The notes under the pieces: model-generated | What the model saw: only the letters and a program-made list of their open reading frames with translations | Told to the model about the DNA's origin: nothing | Database searches by the model: none | Assembly: GCA_963693365.1 (NCBI GenBank) | Contig: CAVNZM010000007.1 | Location: 8,739,962-8,803,961, forward strand | Length of the DNA: 64,000 bases | Source of the DNA: Amoebidium appalachense | Lineage: Eukaryota > Protista > Ichthyosporea | Direction of reading: 5' to 3' | Position numbers and translations under genes: made by a program | Part shown: positions 12,613 to 41,050 of the stretch, in pieces | How the letters are laid out: each line of letters opens with the position of its first letter | Numbering within the stretch: the stretch's first letter is position 1

Positions 12613-13334
12613 CAAGGCCCCTAATCTCCCCCGGGCCTGGAAACTGGTGAATTCCGAGCCAGGCTTACTCCAGCCTGACCCAAAATGATCACCGATTCCA
12701 GCCTGTTCCGAAAATAGCATCAAAAATGAGAGATCTGTTCCGAAAATAGTAACAGGCTGGTTTTGGCGGGCAAATTGGCCAATCGCATCGTTCGTAGCTG
12801 ACTGTTCAAGCTGTTGTTAGTTTCCGAGCATGCCGAGCCTCATACTGTTGTTGTTTTTTGCTTAGGACAAACACCAAACGAATGCCAAAATCCTGGGCTC
12901 TTGAACACCGTTAAGCTACGTATTTAGCTTATCTAAAATGGGGTATAAAGATGCCTCTTCAGAATAGTGTGTATGGCTGCCAGTCCAACTACGTAGCTAC
13001 GCCTTCGGGCAGGAAAGGCACTGTGCTGCAGTGTGTAAAGCCGAAGGATGCCTCTGAGCAACCACGTTCCATGATGGGTGGCGGGCTATATCTACTCTAA
13101 GATAAGGAGTTTTGAACTAAGAAACCCGCCACACGGAAGGAAAGAGGGGAAAGGGAGATTAATAGGAAGAACTCAATCCACAATCCCCCCCCCCCCCCCC
13201 CCCCTCCCCCCTCCCCCCCCCCCCCCCCCCCCCCCCCGCCCCACCACCACCACCACGCATCCTGACACTTTGGGGGGGTGCCTACCGCTCCAACCATCAC
13301 TAGAGGTTTTGCCCCCCGCCCCCCTCCCCCCCCC

Positions 13335-13365
<31 letters not shown>

Positions 13366-14208
13366 AATCGCAGTACCAATAAACGATAGTCTCTGCTCCC
13401 TCCCGACCTTTTTCCTGCCCATCTAGCAACTCTTATTGAAAATTAAATAGGGCCGAACCAAGTATATACACTTACAACATGGCTTAAGCTTCTTATGCTT
13501 AGAAAAAAAGAGGGAGGGAGGGAGGGAGAGTGAGAGTGAGAGGGAGAGTGAGCGAGAGAGAGCTATCGAGTGTGTGTGTGGATGGGTGAGTATGTGTGCG
13601 TGTGGTTGTGCGGCCAATGTGGGGTGTGCGTGTTTTTTTTAGACCTTTTGTGTATAGGCGTGCGTGCGTGTGTGACTGTGTACATGTTTGGGTGTGTGCG
13701 TGTTTGCGTGTCCACTGTGCCGACGCCGGAGTCTGAAGTGGTGTGTTAATCGGCTCTTTGCTCGGCGCAGGAGTGAGAGCGTGTATTATGGGTGTTTGTG
13801 TCTTTGTGTGCGTGTGTGTGTGTGTGTGTGCCAGTGTTCCTCCCTCCCCCCCTCCTCCTGCCCCTTCTCCGCTTACGCCACACCCACCACCACCACTCCT
13901 ACCACTGCAACCCTGGTTGGCACACGCAACCAGAATAGCTCCACAGCTGAAACATAAATACATATTTGTGCATTTATGTGTGTTTGTGTGTATAATATAT
14001 TCATGTATGACGGTTTCAAGTAGTCATGTTTCTTCTCGCGGGTCAGTGAGCCTTGGAAAGCTTCGCGTGTTTATTGGTACTGTACGTGTATATGTACGCG
14101 TCGATAGACTTTGCCGCTCGATCGATCCAAACCAGCCTGTTCCATTTTTAGATTCCGAATCGAACGTTAACCCTGCAGTTTCCAGGCCCGGGAGATTAGG
14201 AGGCCTTG
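12613..14208. mobile_element. Non-autonomous hAT-type DNA transposon (1.6 kb)
   Basis: ~33-bp imperfect TIRs (CAAGGCCCCTAATCTCCCCCGGGCCTGGAAACTG ... CAGTTTCCAGGCCCGGGAGATTAGGAGGCCTTG). Perfect 8-bp TSD ATGGCAAC at 12605-12612 and 14209-14216. Subterminal CAGCCTGTTCC motifs at both ends. No transposase ORF. Confidence 0.9.
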
Positions 14209-14527
14209 ATGGCAACACGGGCATACGCGTTTGCACATTTGTCTGAACTTCATAAGTCGATAAGCCGCATGAATACTGAATGAACATAGTGTTAAACGGT
14301 CTTGGAGTCAGAATACACGGCACACACTATTTTTATTTTCAACAAAAGAGGTCTACTTGACCCATTGTTCTCTAACCTAACTTTCATCTCTCTGTCCATT
14401 CTATCTATGATAATCCATACATACCATTATCGACATTCGAATCACGCCACAGTACCGCTTATATGTACAGAACAATCCGTTGAGTCAAAAAAAAAAAGAA
14501 AAAGAAAGAACGAAAGAAGGAAAACGA

Positions 14528-14561
<34 letters not shown>

Positions 14562-14743
14562 GGGGAGAGAGAGAGAACGAAAGAAAGAAAAAAAGAGAAA
14601 AAAAAAAGAAGAAACAAAAAATATACAGAATTAGCTCTTGTGGTTGTCTAGTCTTCTGGTATGCCGTAAAAAAACCTATTTCAAGGAGACGGGGTGGGCT
14701 AAGATATCCACACCGCAGGGAGAAGAAGGTGGGGGAGGGGGAG

Positions 14744-14786
<43 letters not shown>

Positions 14787-15016
14787 GGGGGGGGGTGTTT
14801 ACGACTAACAGAAAGGATATATGACTATACACACAGAGTGACAGCGAGCATGACGAATTCAAAAAATTTAAAAAATAAAACGAGCGAAAAGAGGCTCACT
14901 CACACCACATCCTCTCGGTTGCCTTCCAACCCTTCAGTTAACCATCAGGCGCCGTGCAGATATAAACAATGTCCGGTCCGTCGTGCGGCTCCCAACCATG
15001 TTTCTGTGGCTGTGGC

Positions 15017-15060
<44 letters not shown>

Positions 15061-15134
15061 TGTGCGTGTGTGTGTGCGTGTGCGTGTGTGTGGTGTGTGC
15101 GTGCGTGTGCATGTGTGCATGCGTGTGTGCGTGT

Positions 15135-15166
<32 letters not shown>

Positions 15167-15409
15167 GTGTGTGTGTGTGTGTGTGTCGTGTGTGTGTGTG
15201 TGTGCTTGCGTGCATGCATGCTTGCGAGCACGTGTGTGTATATCAGTGCAGGAGGTGGTGGTGGGGAGGGCATGGGGTCAAAATGTGACACACAGTAGCC
15301 TAAGAAGTGAAGGTACATCATTCAATGGTGTACGCAATTAAGAAATCCTCTAATCCACATGACGGCTGTCGACAAAAAAGCACCGTTCTTCCACAAGTAC
15401 ACTCAACTG

Positions 15410-25720
<10,311 letters not shown>

Positions 25721-26775
25721 TTCTGCCCGAGCTGGAGAAGGGTGACATATATGTAAGCATGCGGGTATGCGTGCTTGATAGAACTGCGGCTGCCATGCGT
25801 GAGAATATCCGCTTAAAAATTTCTCTTTCAAACCCCAAGCCCTCCCTTCCATCTCGCTCTCTCTGCTCTTTTATCTCCCTTATCTCTCTCCCTCCCTTTT
25901 TATCTCTCTCCCTCCCTTCTTATCTTTCCCCTCCCTCATCTCTCTCCTCCTTAACCTCCCTTATCTCTCCCTTCCTTCTTATCTCTCTCCCTCCTTTTTA
26001 TCCCCCTCCTCCCCCTCCCCCCCCTTCTTATCCCTCTCCCTCACTTTTTATCTCTTTCCTCCCTCCTCCAGGAGCCAATCATATCTCTCCCTCCCCCCCC
26101 CCCCCCCCTCTTCAAAAAAAAAAAAGAATACCAGCCCTACCCTACTCCTATGCAAGAATCCGCCCCCACTTCCCCCCCTTTCCCCTCTTCCCCCCCCCCT
26201 CCCCTCCCCCCCCCCTCACCAACATGAACTCTTTCACCTAATGCCCAGGAGCAAAACTCTTCCCACAAGCCTTTCTTCCCACCTGTGAGGGGGCATAGCC
26301 ACACACGACCGGACAGGCACGCACACAACGCACACACACTCGCACGCCCGCACACACCGACACTCGCACGCATGCACGCACACAAAAGCACAAACATGTG
26401 CCACCATTTTCGGCATATCAATATCGTCTATGAAATCAAGGGTACGGCAAAGGAAGAGCCAAACCAAACTGAAACTACTTAAGCTTATAAAACATCAAGC
26501 CCAAATCTTTCAGCGGGTTTTCAACTTTTTAAAAACCCCCCACTCACCACCTCAGATCTCGGTTCCCCCCCTCCCTCTCCGTTTTGCTGTTCAAAAATTT
26601 GTACTCAGGTATCCACAAAGAAAGGGCTACAACATGTCACGCTACTGCATGTTCATAGCAGAGGGCACGTGTCTATTCTCTATCCTTCCCCTCTGCCACA
26701 CAAACTAGAACAGAAACATACAAGTACGCAGTCGCACACCCACATCTACACGGATCCCCCCCCCCCCCCCCCCCC

Positions 26776-26820
<45 letters not shown>

Positions 26821-29689
26821 AATAAAAAATCACTCCGCCACCCCTCACAGTCACTCGGTTAGAAGTAGGTCAGAAGCCATCCAAAACAAAAAGGGTAGCC
26901 AGAGTGCGTGTGAGGCAGAAGAGGGAAACTGCAGGCAACAGGCCGAGTGCAGCAGGGAAGGCGGGCAGTGAGAGGGAAAAGGGGGGGGGGGTAAGAGAGG
27001 AAGGAGGAGGGTGGAAGGGAGACGGAGAGGGAGAAGAGGAAAGGGAGAGGGAGAGATAAAGGGGGGGTTGAGGGCGGTGGGGAAGGAGGGGGGAAAGGAG
27101 CGAGGGAGAAAGGGGGGAGGGAGTAAGGAAGGCAGGAGGGAAACAGGCGGAAGGGAGGGAGGGAGGGAGCGAGGGAAGGAGAGAGGGAGGGGGGAGAGGT
27201 AGGGAGGGAGGGGAGGGAGGGGGCAAAAAAGGGAAAGAACAGGAACGAAAGGGGCAACAACTATGCGAACATGTTCATTAATGAAGCCTTCGTATCTGGA
27301 AACAGAGCAACACAAAGCCCTTTTTCAGCCCTCTACGGGAAGCACTTTGCCAAGCGGTTGTGGGATTGCGGGTTAACCATGGGGACCCCGCGTAAGGGGG
27401 GCAGGGGGGAAGGGTAGTGGGGAGGGAAGGGAGGGAGAGAGGGGGGGGGAGGGGAGGGGAGGGGTTAAAATATAATACCAGCCTCGTAGAGATTCTCCTC
27501 CTCGCCAACCAGAGCCACTTGCCTTTCCGCCATTTTTCACTCAGTGGAGCTTTAGGCCATCCAAACAACCCAGAATGTTTTGTGGATGTAAGTGAGTGAC
27601 AACCCTACACAACCAGTCTTATTATTCCCTTTTTGTCGAATCCGCTATGATGTACTACCCAAAGAAACAGACTTCTGTGAAAGGGCAAACGACGGAATGC
27701 TTCCCCCTTCAGACCTGACACTCAGACACACAGCCTTGCCAACTTTGAACCTGAACCTGCCAAGTTGCTTGGAAAGGAGATCCTATGACATGTTATAACC
27801 CTGCAGAAATTCCTGAGAATCGTGCGCCCTTTTCTATTGGGTAACGCTTATCTGTAAATCATCTTAACCTTATCTGGCTTCATATGGGGTCTTTCCATTG
27901 GTTACGCACTCTCCAAGGCATTGTGTTGACTTCGAAACTTCGCAAAGCTTCTTGCCGAGTGACTGAGATGGCGGAGCGACTTCGGTACGTGGATCTACGT
28001 CCGGACATGCTGCAAGTTGAAGCACATGCGAGAAGGCACAGACAACTGTCATATCATGTCCCTCTCGTTTATAAGGAAGTAGTAAAAACCCACCATCACG
28101 TGCGGTCGTACTGTACAAGGGTTTGTGGAAGCATCCGGCCTGAACGGCTCGCCCTGGGCCCGAGTTTCAACCTTAGTTAGGTATGCTTTGTTCAACCGAT
28201 CGCGGCATGCAAGGGGTACCATGCATGGTGCTATCGATATCCATCTCTTCCCTAATGCCCACCGTCACCAGGCCCATCTTCAGCCACCGCGTCACCGTCC
28301 CCGTCTTTTTTGCATGGCGCAACATGTGAACACAATCTTCGCCTGCGGAGCTCCGAACTGGTGTTGGGGCCCGCCTGGGCAATGACCACCATCCCCATTC
28401 CCTGGGCCGCCATTTCGTTTGCATTTCAGGAAAATCTCACACCGTGCCGGAGTGTGGCTCCCGTCCTGCCCTAGCCTTCTTTCGCACATGCAAAGCGCGC
28501 CTTATCCCCTATAACTCTATAACGGAAAGAAATCCCTCCGGATCGCCCTTTCGACCCCCCCCCCCCCCCCCCCCCCTGCCCCCCCTCTCTCCCCCCCCCC
28601 CCCTCCCCCCGGGCCCCTCCTGTTCCCTTGCGCCTACAAAGACAAACCCTATAAGGTTGAACAATCAACCCCCCCGGGTCCCCCCCCCCCCCCCCCCCTC
28701 CCTCCCCCCCTCCCCCCCCCCCCCCCCCTCCTCCTCCTATAGCTCCCACCTGCATCTACTCTTTTATAACTAAAGACTTCATTGAAAATTTTATAGAAAA
28801 TGAATGTCACTGTAGCCTCCCCCTCCTCCCCCCCTCCCCCCCTCCCCCCCCCCCCCCCCCCCGGCCCCCGCCGCCGCCGCCGCCGGCCCCGTCCTTCCCC
28901 CTCCCCCTCCCTCCCTCCCTCCCTCCCAGGGCCTTCCCCAGCCCGTCTTATATGATGCTTGTCCGTGACGTCGACACAGAGCCGTACTGTAACCCACTGG
29001 CCACTCACATCCTAACTCGGACGTACTTCAGGCATGTCCACGTATGTCTGAAACCATCGCTGCCCCCTTCCCCCCCCCCCCTCCCCCCCCCCAAAAAAAG
29101 AAAAATAAATAAATAATAAATAATAAATAAATATATAAACAAACAAACAAATAAAATAATGAAAATGCACCCCTCTGTAGCCCTCATACCCCCCCCCCCC
29201 CTCTCCCCAGGGCTGCAACGGGCATATACTTCGGAAGCTCACAAAATGTTTATGTGCATCGGGGACCGCACAAATATTTGCTTGCAAGCATGTGCGCACG
29301 TACACGCCTAGCACACAACAAGCCAAAACACAAAATAGAAGACACCCGGAGATACACGCAGTAGCACACATACACCGTTTGGGCGTGAACATGCAACAGG
29401 TACACATACGTGCACGTGTACACACACTCACTTGCAGGCATAAACGGGAAGAAAGGAAACGGTGATAAAGGAACATTTGACGCCTGCAAAGTTCAAAAAC
29501 GAAAAATAGTCTAGATTGTTCGTTTATTTCTTTAATAGCACGGACAACATTCATTCCTACTGCTACCGGTTTTGCTCTTAAAAACTAAATATCAACTGGA
29601 CATTTAGCCCCAAGGGAGACCAGAGACCACTATTTATAAATAAACTTAAAAAGAGATCAACACATTCATACAATGTTTTCAGTTGGTAG

Positions 29690-29724
<35 letters not shown>

Positions 29725-29890
29725 CCCCTATCCTCCCTCCCCCTCTCCCCTCGGGCCCCTTCCCTTTTGGTCTCTTCGGTTCGCAAAAATTTATACAGCC
29801 CCTATCACCCAGTAAATGGCACCCACGTGTACCCATCTACTTTCTTTCATAATAAGATTAACTTAAATTTCTTTAAAGGTGCACTAAGTG

Positions 29891-34475
<4,585 letters not shown>

Positions 34476-36148
34476 TTCAGCAGTGGCGCCTCTGATTCTA
34501 GCAGAATAAGTAGTAGACTTGAGGCACTTGTGCTGACACTCTGTGCGGCATTTTGCACCGTTAGCGAGCAAAAAATCGAGAACAGAACCCGGCCGTGACG
34601 GCTTCAGCACAAGCCCAAGGCACTTACTAAGAATCTGCCAGGGCAAAGTAAGGAGGAAGGGAGCGGAATGGGGTGTGACGTGAAAAGGCTGGACTTGATT
34701 CTCTAATCCTCCATCAAAAACGTCTTTTTTCAGCATGATAACTACTATCCAACCGTTGGATCCTCGACTAGCAAGTGAGATCCCGATGTTAAGATGCCCA
34801 TCCCTATTGCCGCAAGCCCAGATCATGTGAATGCTGTGTTTGGCCTCATGCGAAAGCAGGAGGAAAAAGGGGAGAAAACAGCACACGTAGGCCCCATTCC
34901 TATAAACCGCATACCGTCACCCTGACAGAATTGTCTTCTGGGGTCGACCATGTCATCGCAGTCACAGCTTCAGCGATGGAATGTAATAAGGATCCCAAAC
35001 AAAACACTATGCCATGATTTCGAAGCTCGCTTTATGCAAAAGCAGCTTCCATGAACATGAGTGGAGCTAATGCAAATAATCCGCTCTATATTAAACACGA
35101 ATGTTCCAGAAACTCCGGAAATACTTGGCTTCCCATAAACATGAGGTCTTTCCATCGACTCGTCGAATGCACGAGTCGGGGCACATCCATTTCATCATGT
35201 TCATATTCCCATTTTGATTCGAGAAGGCTCGCCCGATGTTCTTGTACGATAGCTTCAAAACATGGGCGGTGGAAAGGGGATCCCTACATTTGTAGAAAGA
35301 TTCGGGAAGGGCGGGGGGGCGCCGGAGGGGAGAAGAGAGGGGGAGGTGGGGGAGGTGGGAGGGGGGGCACTTTTACATGGCTGTCAGAATGACTCACCGT
35401 AGCATCGTGGACTCGAACCCGGAGAATGAACGGTTTGCTGAGAGAATCATATTCTACTTCCAAAGCTACCAAAAGTGACTGTTTAAACCCACACAAAAAA
35501 TTTCATGCCTAGGTACACAAAATGAGAACAAAATGAGAACGTGAACCCCTTCACAGTCTGCAAACACGCACTTGTGCATGTGAATTCAACGTCGAGAACC
35601 AACACTTGACTGGTGCCATGGCTGCCGTTCACTCGGTGGTGCGTGACCGGGTCACGTGAAAAAGGTCACTCCAAGTCTGATACCTCTTAGGCGCGGGTTT
35701 TATAGAAGCTCTTCATCAATTTCTTAAACTTTAAAAAACTCTAGCAAGGTTGAAATTCGGGAATCAGTTGATAGTAGTTTGGAATGGGTTTGCTAAATAC
35801 ATTATTGCATAATAATAAAAGCAAAGTAGATTTATGTCCAAAAACTCGGCATAAACATGACTTGTGCAAGACTTAAATTTATAGGATCTGTTGTCTGTAG
35901 ACAAAATAAGTTCTTTACTGGTTTGCTCTAGGAGGTGTATGGAAGTTGTGCGCGTTGAGCCAATTGTTATCAGATGCAATTCTGACTGACTCACGGCCGA
36001 GTGCCGACTCCGCTCGCACGGCCCTCTGGCAAAAAGATGCCGAGAGTGCCCAGTGCCCGGCAGGGGTGGGGCGGATCGGGAAAAATGGATTCGGATTGGA
36101 TCGGGTCGGTCGGATCGGGACCCTGACGGGTTGGACCGGATAGGATCG

Positions 36149-36221
<73 letters not shown>

Positions 36222-36427
36222 ACACGCACACATATTGGAGGAGCACCCAGTGGGGGCGGGGGAAGGGGTGAACAACGGCATACACACACGTCAAATACAT
36301 ACACATAGTGTCATAATGTAATTACGGTCTCTCTCAGCTCTCTCTCTCTCTTGAGTGTACACATGTGTGTGCGCACACGCTCGCGCGCACGCCGGCGCCA
36401 GAGAGACATACATGTCTAGGTTGGAGA

Positions 36428-36461
<34 letters not shown>

Positions 36462-36480
36462 CTCGGGGGGGGGGGGGGGG

Positions 36481-36513
<33 letters not shown>

Positions 36514-36760
36514 GGGGGGGAGAGGGGGGGGGGGGGGGGGGGGCTGAGGGGGGTGGGCTGAGAGAGATCAGAGATCTAGAGAGAGAGATCTCGAGGGAGA
36601 GAGAAGGGGGGGGGGAGGGGGGGGAGGGGGGGGGGGGGGGGAGGGGGAGAGAGATCTAGAGAGAAAGGGAGGGAGAGATCTAGAGAGAGAGAGATCTGCG
36701 AGAGAGTGAGAAAGCGAGAGCGGGTACAGAGGGAGAGAGAGGGGTGGGGGAGAGAGAGGG

Positions 36761-36846
<86 letters not shown>

Positions 36847-37839
36847 CTCGGAGCTTGAGTCGTGGCAGAGGCTGCCTCCCCTCCCCTCCCCCCCGATCCG
36901 GTGACCGGATTGGCCAGGCAGGCCAGCGGATCGGGTCGGAGCGGGTCGGATCGAAGGCTCTTAAGAAAACCTCTCAGGGGAGACAATCACGAATCATTTA
37001 TAATACGCTGCGTGAATCAGCGTGGCCCCTTAGACAGACAATCACAGCCGGAACATTGCCTACGAATATTGATAGATGGCCATTGATTTTTGGAAGGATA
37101 TGAAATAGAGAGGGGCGACATGACATAACGGAGAGGTACTGAGACAAGAAGCAGTAGTCTGAGTTCGAAATAAGGGACGAGAGTGGGGAGGGGAGAAAGA
37201 AAGGAGGGGGAAAGGGGAAGGTGAGGGAAAGGTGAGGGAAGAAAGGAGGCAGAAAGAAAGGTGAAGGAGGAGGGGGGGAAAAAAAGAAAGGAAAAAAAAA
37301 AGAAAAAAAAAAGAGGAGGGGGGGGGGGGGGGGGAAGAGGAGCTACCGGTCGTTTCCCAACTATTGTGCCGGCACAAAGCAGGCAAAACGAGAGGAACAA
37401 GGCGTACCTTTACATATTGCGAGGCCAGAGCCAGCCCCAAGCACACAGTTGAGTGGTGAGGGTTAGATGTTGATGCAAGGTATTGGGCACGTGGGTGAAG
37501 AGGTCAAATAGTTGAAGGTGGTGTCCGCGCCATGGTGCGGGCAAAGGCCGCACATATGCAAGGGGAGGGCGGAAGGCCACCGTCAATAATGTTACTTATT
37601 GTAATTGCTTTGTCGTAGGACTATGCATATGAAGCCTCCGCCGGGGATTTTAATTTATAATGGGATAATTAGCAGGTCATGTTGAGAAAGTAATGGGCAA
37701 AAGAAAGGCAAAGTTTGTCGACAGATAACATTATTGAGGGCTGTGCACACGTGTGTGAATGTGAGACAGAGATTATGTACCAGGAATAGGGAAGGGATTC
37801 GAACGCTGTAGATCAGGATGTGAAATTATTTTAACCATA

Positions 37840-39183
37840 GGAACTGTTTAAAGATAGGACCCCCTCTCAGAAACCTATTGTGTGGCCTGTAGACCCATCT
37901 ATCCCCATAGAATCGATCCTCCCCTTTTTCAGTCCCGATACCATATGGTCTGTGATATCTAGTTATAGCTCTAGTAAGTCTTGTGGACCTGATGGACTTC
38001 CTGCCGGGTTTCTTAAAATCCTTGTTCCCTCCTACCCACAAAAGGAAAGTGATCGTGCTATTAAACCTGATCTTACTATTATGTTAAGCTCCCTCTTTTC
38101 TTGGTGTGTTAAATGTGGACATGTCCCGTCATCTTGGTTAAATACCTTAGTGATCCCTATGATAGTTAAGAAGGACTCTGAGGGCCCCATATCATCTAGT
38201 CGCCCCATCACACTAACCCAGGTTGTTCGTAGATTCTTTGAAGCGTGCTTACTTATGTTATTTGCACATCACCCTAGGTTTCAATCTATTCTTCACATAC
38301 ACCCATGCCAATCCGCTTTTCGTAAAAACAATTCATGTTATGTTCAAATAATGGCACTGCACGATTCTATGCAAGTTGGTGCACGATATGTTGGTTTTAT
38401 TGATTGGAAAACTGCTTACGATTCTGTCTCCCCTGGTCTCCTATGGGAAAAGCTTGCTGCACGGGGTGTACCACACTGCATCATTGTTTTGTTAGAAGCA
38501 CTCTTGTCTCAAACCTATGGTAGAGCTGTGGTTAATGGGCACATTTCATATGGTTTTGCTCGTACTAGAGGTCTCTTGCAGGGTTCATTGCTTAGCCCCT
38601 TTTTGTTTAACCTATTTATAGATGATTTGGCTGTCAAGATTTATGCCGAAAATGATGACCCTATTAATAACTTTCCGCCTGCACTTCTCTATGCTGATGA
38701 TCTGTCCATCCTTGCCCGTACCCCTAGACGCCTGCAAAGATTGTTCGATGTAGTGTCAGAGTGGTGCAAGGCAAACCTTATGATCCTTAACATAGACAAA
38801 TGTGGTGTTCTTGTACCTGGTATAGCTAACAATTTACACACCTTTACATTATCATCTAAACCTGTACCTATAGTTCCAGAATACAAATATCTTGGTGTTC
38901 CGGTTAATTCTGTTGGTGTTATGTTTTCCCATATGGTCGAATAGAGGGTAGAGCTGGCTCGTAAGCGGTTAGCTTTCTTCTCGGCTAATATTTTTAAAGA
39001 CACACCCCTCCATCCTTCTATTAGACTTACATTTATTCGCACTTATGTCTTCCCGGCATGTGAATATGGTTTACCCCTTCTCGCCGCTTGGATCAAGAAA
39101 GAGAAAACTAGAGCGCTTAAACCCCTGGCAAATTTCCTTGAAGCAGAAGTTGCCTCCTTTCTATCTAACAACTGTTGTAAACC
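37840..39183 (+). pseudogene. Internal RT-domain fragment of the same LINE family (matches 1634-2974)
   Basis: About 97% identical by manual comparison, with one 3-bp insertion and an AAG>TAG stop at 38942-38944. Lacks the endonuclease, 3' UTR and polyA. Confidence 0.95.
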
Positions 39184-39285
39184 ACAGCTATGTACGTGAT
39201 CATGATATACCGCTGAGGGGATATTCCGAGCAAAACCCCCCATACCTGAGACTGGTCTCTCTTTGCCTCGAGTAAACAGCGTAAA
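39184..39285. repeat. ~100-bp dispersed repeat, copy B, fused directly to the RT fragment
   Basis: Matches 4040-4142. Confidence 0.95.
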
Positions 39286-40072
39286 ATAGGTATTTGTCAC
39301 GATCCAGGATCGAGAAATCTAGATGTGGGCGGGAACACGGCCCTCTGAAAAAAACGTTTTTTCAGAGAGCCGTGGCGGGAAGCTTCGCGCATGGTTGTTT
39401 GAAGATGCATATAAGAAAACCTCTCAGGGGAGACAATCGCGAATCATTTATAACACGCTGCGTGAGTCAGCGTGGCCCCTTAGGCTTAACGGGTTGGATC
39501 TGCGGATCGGATCGATCCGCCCCACCCGGCTCAAAAAGGAAGACCCTTAAGACCCTATGCACAGCCTGAAGGCGATGCCTTTTCTTTTTTGTTTTGTTTT
39601 TTGTTTTTTTCTTTCTTTTTGCACACTGTGGCACAGTCACACACACGCACACACACTTGACACACGCACATGCACACACACACATCACAACCACGTGATA
39701 ATACACATGAACACATGCGTCCCCTGGGCCCCTCCACCCTCCTTAAGCTTGTCCCAGTTCACTCATTGCAGAGAGCCCACCCCTCCCCCCTCCACCATAG
39801 TCCTCAGCCTCCCCACCTCCTCTCCACCCCCCCCCCCCCCCCCTGGAGCTTGGCCCAGGCCACGACATTGACCTGTCCCCCCCCCCCCCCCCCCCCCCCT
39901 CCCCCCCCCCCGGCCCCCGGCACCCGTGCCCACGCAAAAAAAAGAAAGAAAAAAAAAAGAAAAAGCAAAACAAAAAAATTGGTAACGCAAGCGCACTACC
40001 CACTTCTTAAAATGTCATGTACATGTATGCCTGACCACCAGCACACCATGGCCACCACTCTTGCACACCAAT

Positions 40073-40114
<42 letters not shown>

Positions 40115-40201
40115 ATAAACAACAACAACAACAACAACAAAAAAAAAAAGGGGGGGGGACTTCATGCAAGATTGTGACGACGACCAAAACTTGACCCACT
40201 A

Positions 40202-41050
40202 AATTTTTATTTATTTATTTATTATTTTTTTTTTTTTTATCCCGTTTCACTCCCGGCGAGGCACTGCCTCAGGGGAGCTTACCGTCTTCCGCCTAGACAC
40301 AGATCGTACTGTATAGCACACTCATAGGTCAGGATTCTAATTGACCCCAACTGGCACTATTTTCAGTTACGCCTTATCCCACGGTTCTAGCCGCAGCAAC
40401 GCTAGTGAGGAACTCCAATTGAATCTAAGATTGTGTACCCACCCCCCCAAAAGTGTAGGATCTTACGGGCGGACACCTTCTGTATTTTCCAACTTCCAAG
40501 TTCCAAGCGCTCTCACTTTACCTTTTTTGCCAATGTGCGTTAGAATATTGATGCCAACCGCTGGAACTTCCGCAGTTTTACCCTTTTCTTTGACATACAC
40601 TATGTAGTACCGACAGCACATACATACTACAGTACAGTAGCAGTGCGTGCGGGGGTATGTACTGTAGTCACCGTGGTGAGAAAAGAGTGCGAAAGAGTGG
40701 AAAGAGTGAGTGAATGTACATAAAAGAACGCACGTCAACGCGTCATACAGTACTACATCTGACTTAGCAAAAAAGATCTCTGGAGCTCCCCTACTCGAGC
40801 AGCCATTTGCCGAATTAGGCACCATTGCTTTACAAATGCCCCAGTTCAATGGTAGATATCCCAGCTCCACCTACGGTATCTCAGAGGCTGGGCCACTCCC
40901 TCCAGATCCTGCTTTCCTTCTGTCCGGATCCCTTCTACAGTACTGTATGGCCACCTATGGCCACCAAAGTTTAGCCTGGACACGTCGCCACACCCGGCAC
41001 TCAACCACTTGAAGCCTGCCAAATCTCATTGTTGCAATATCAATCGTCAA
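40202..41050 (-). mobile_element. Possible decayed 3' end of a second non-LTR retroelement family
   Basis: (TTTA)n/polyT at 40204-40238 (A-tail on minus), adjacent stem-loop CTCCC-GGC-GAGGC-ACT-GCCTC-AG-GGGAG, and a minus-strand peptide ELGYLPL reminiscent of the post-RT region of LINE ORF2. Frames are broken. Confidence 0.3.

Larger units (their letters stand above)
36962..39483. mobile_element. 2.5-kb insertion bounded by 72-bp direct repeats, class unknown
   Basis: Repeats at 36962-37033 and 39412-39483 differ at 3 positions. The segment interrupts the GGATC-motif tract of the outer element. CTTAA occurs at both junctions (36960-36964, 39485-39489). Confidence 0.65.
36061..39529. mobile_element. 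Older non-autonomous TIR element (hAT-like) hosting nested insertions
   Basis: 15-bp inverted repeats GGGTGGGGCGGATCG (36064-36078) and CGATCCGCCCCACCC (39513-39527). GGATC/GATCGG subterminal motifs cluster at 36073-36150, 36895-36953 and 39495-39520. No TSD found. Confidence 0.6.

Noticed and set aside
37880-38944. Stand-alone or domesticated 354-aa reverse transcriptase gene (retron/DGR-like system)
   Set aside because: It is a ~97% identical internal piece of the LINE ORF2 with no ATG start. It ends at a point-mutation stop while homology continues, and it has a damaged FRPI motif (SRPI).
39315-39374. Helitron 3' end (hairpin then CTAG on the minus strand)
   Set aside because: CTAG is followed by A rather than T and no matching 5' TC end was identified. 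Kept only as part of the direct-repeat element finding.
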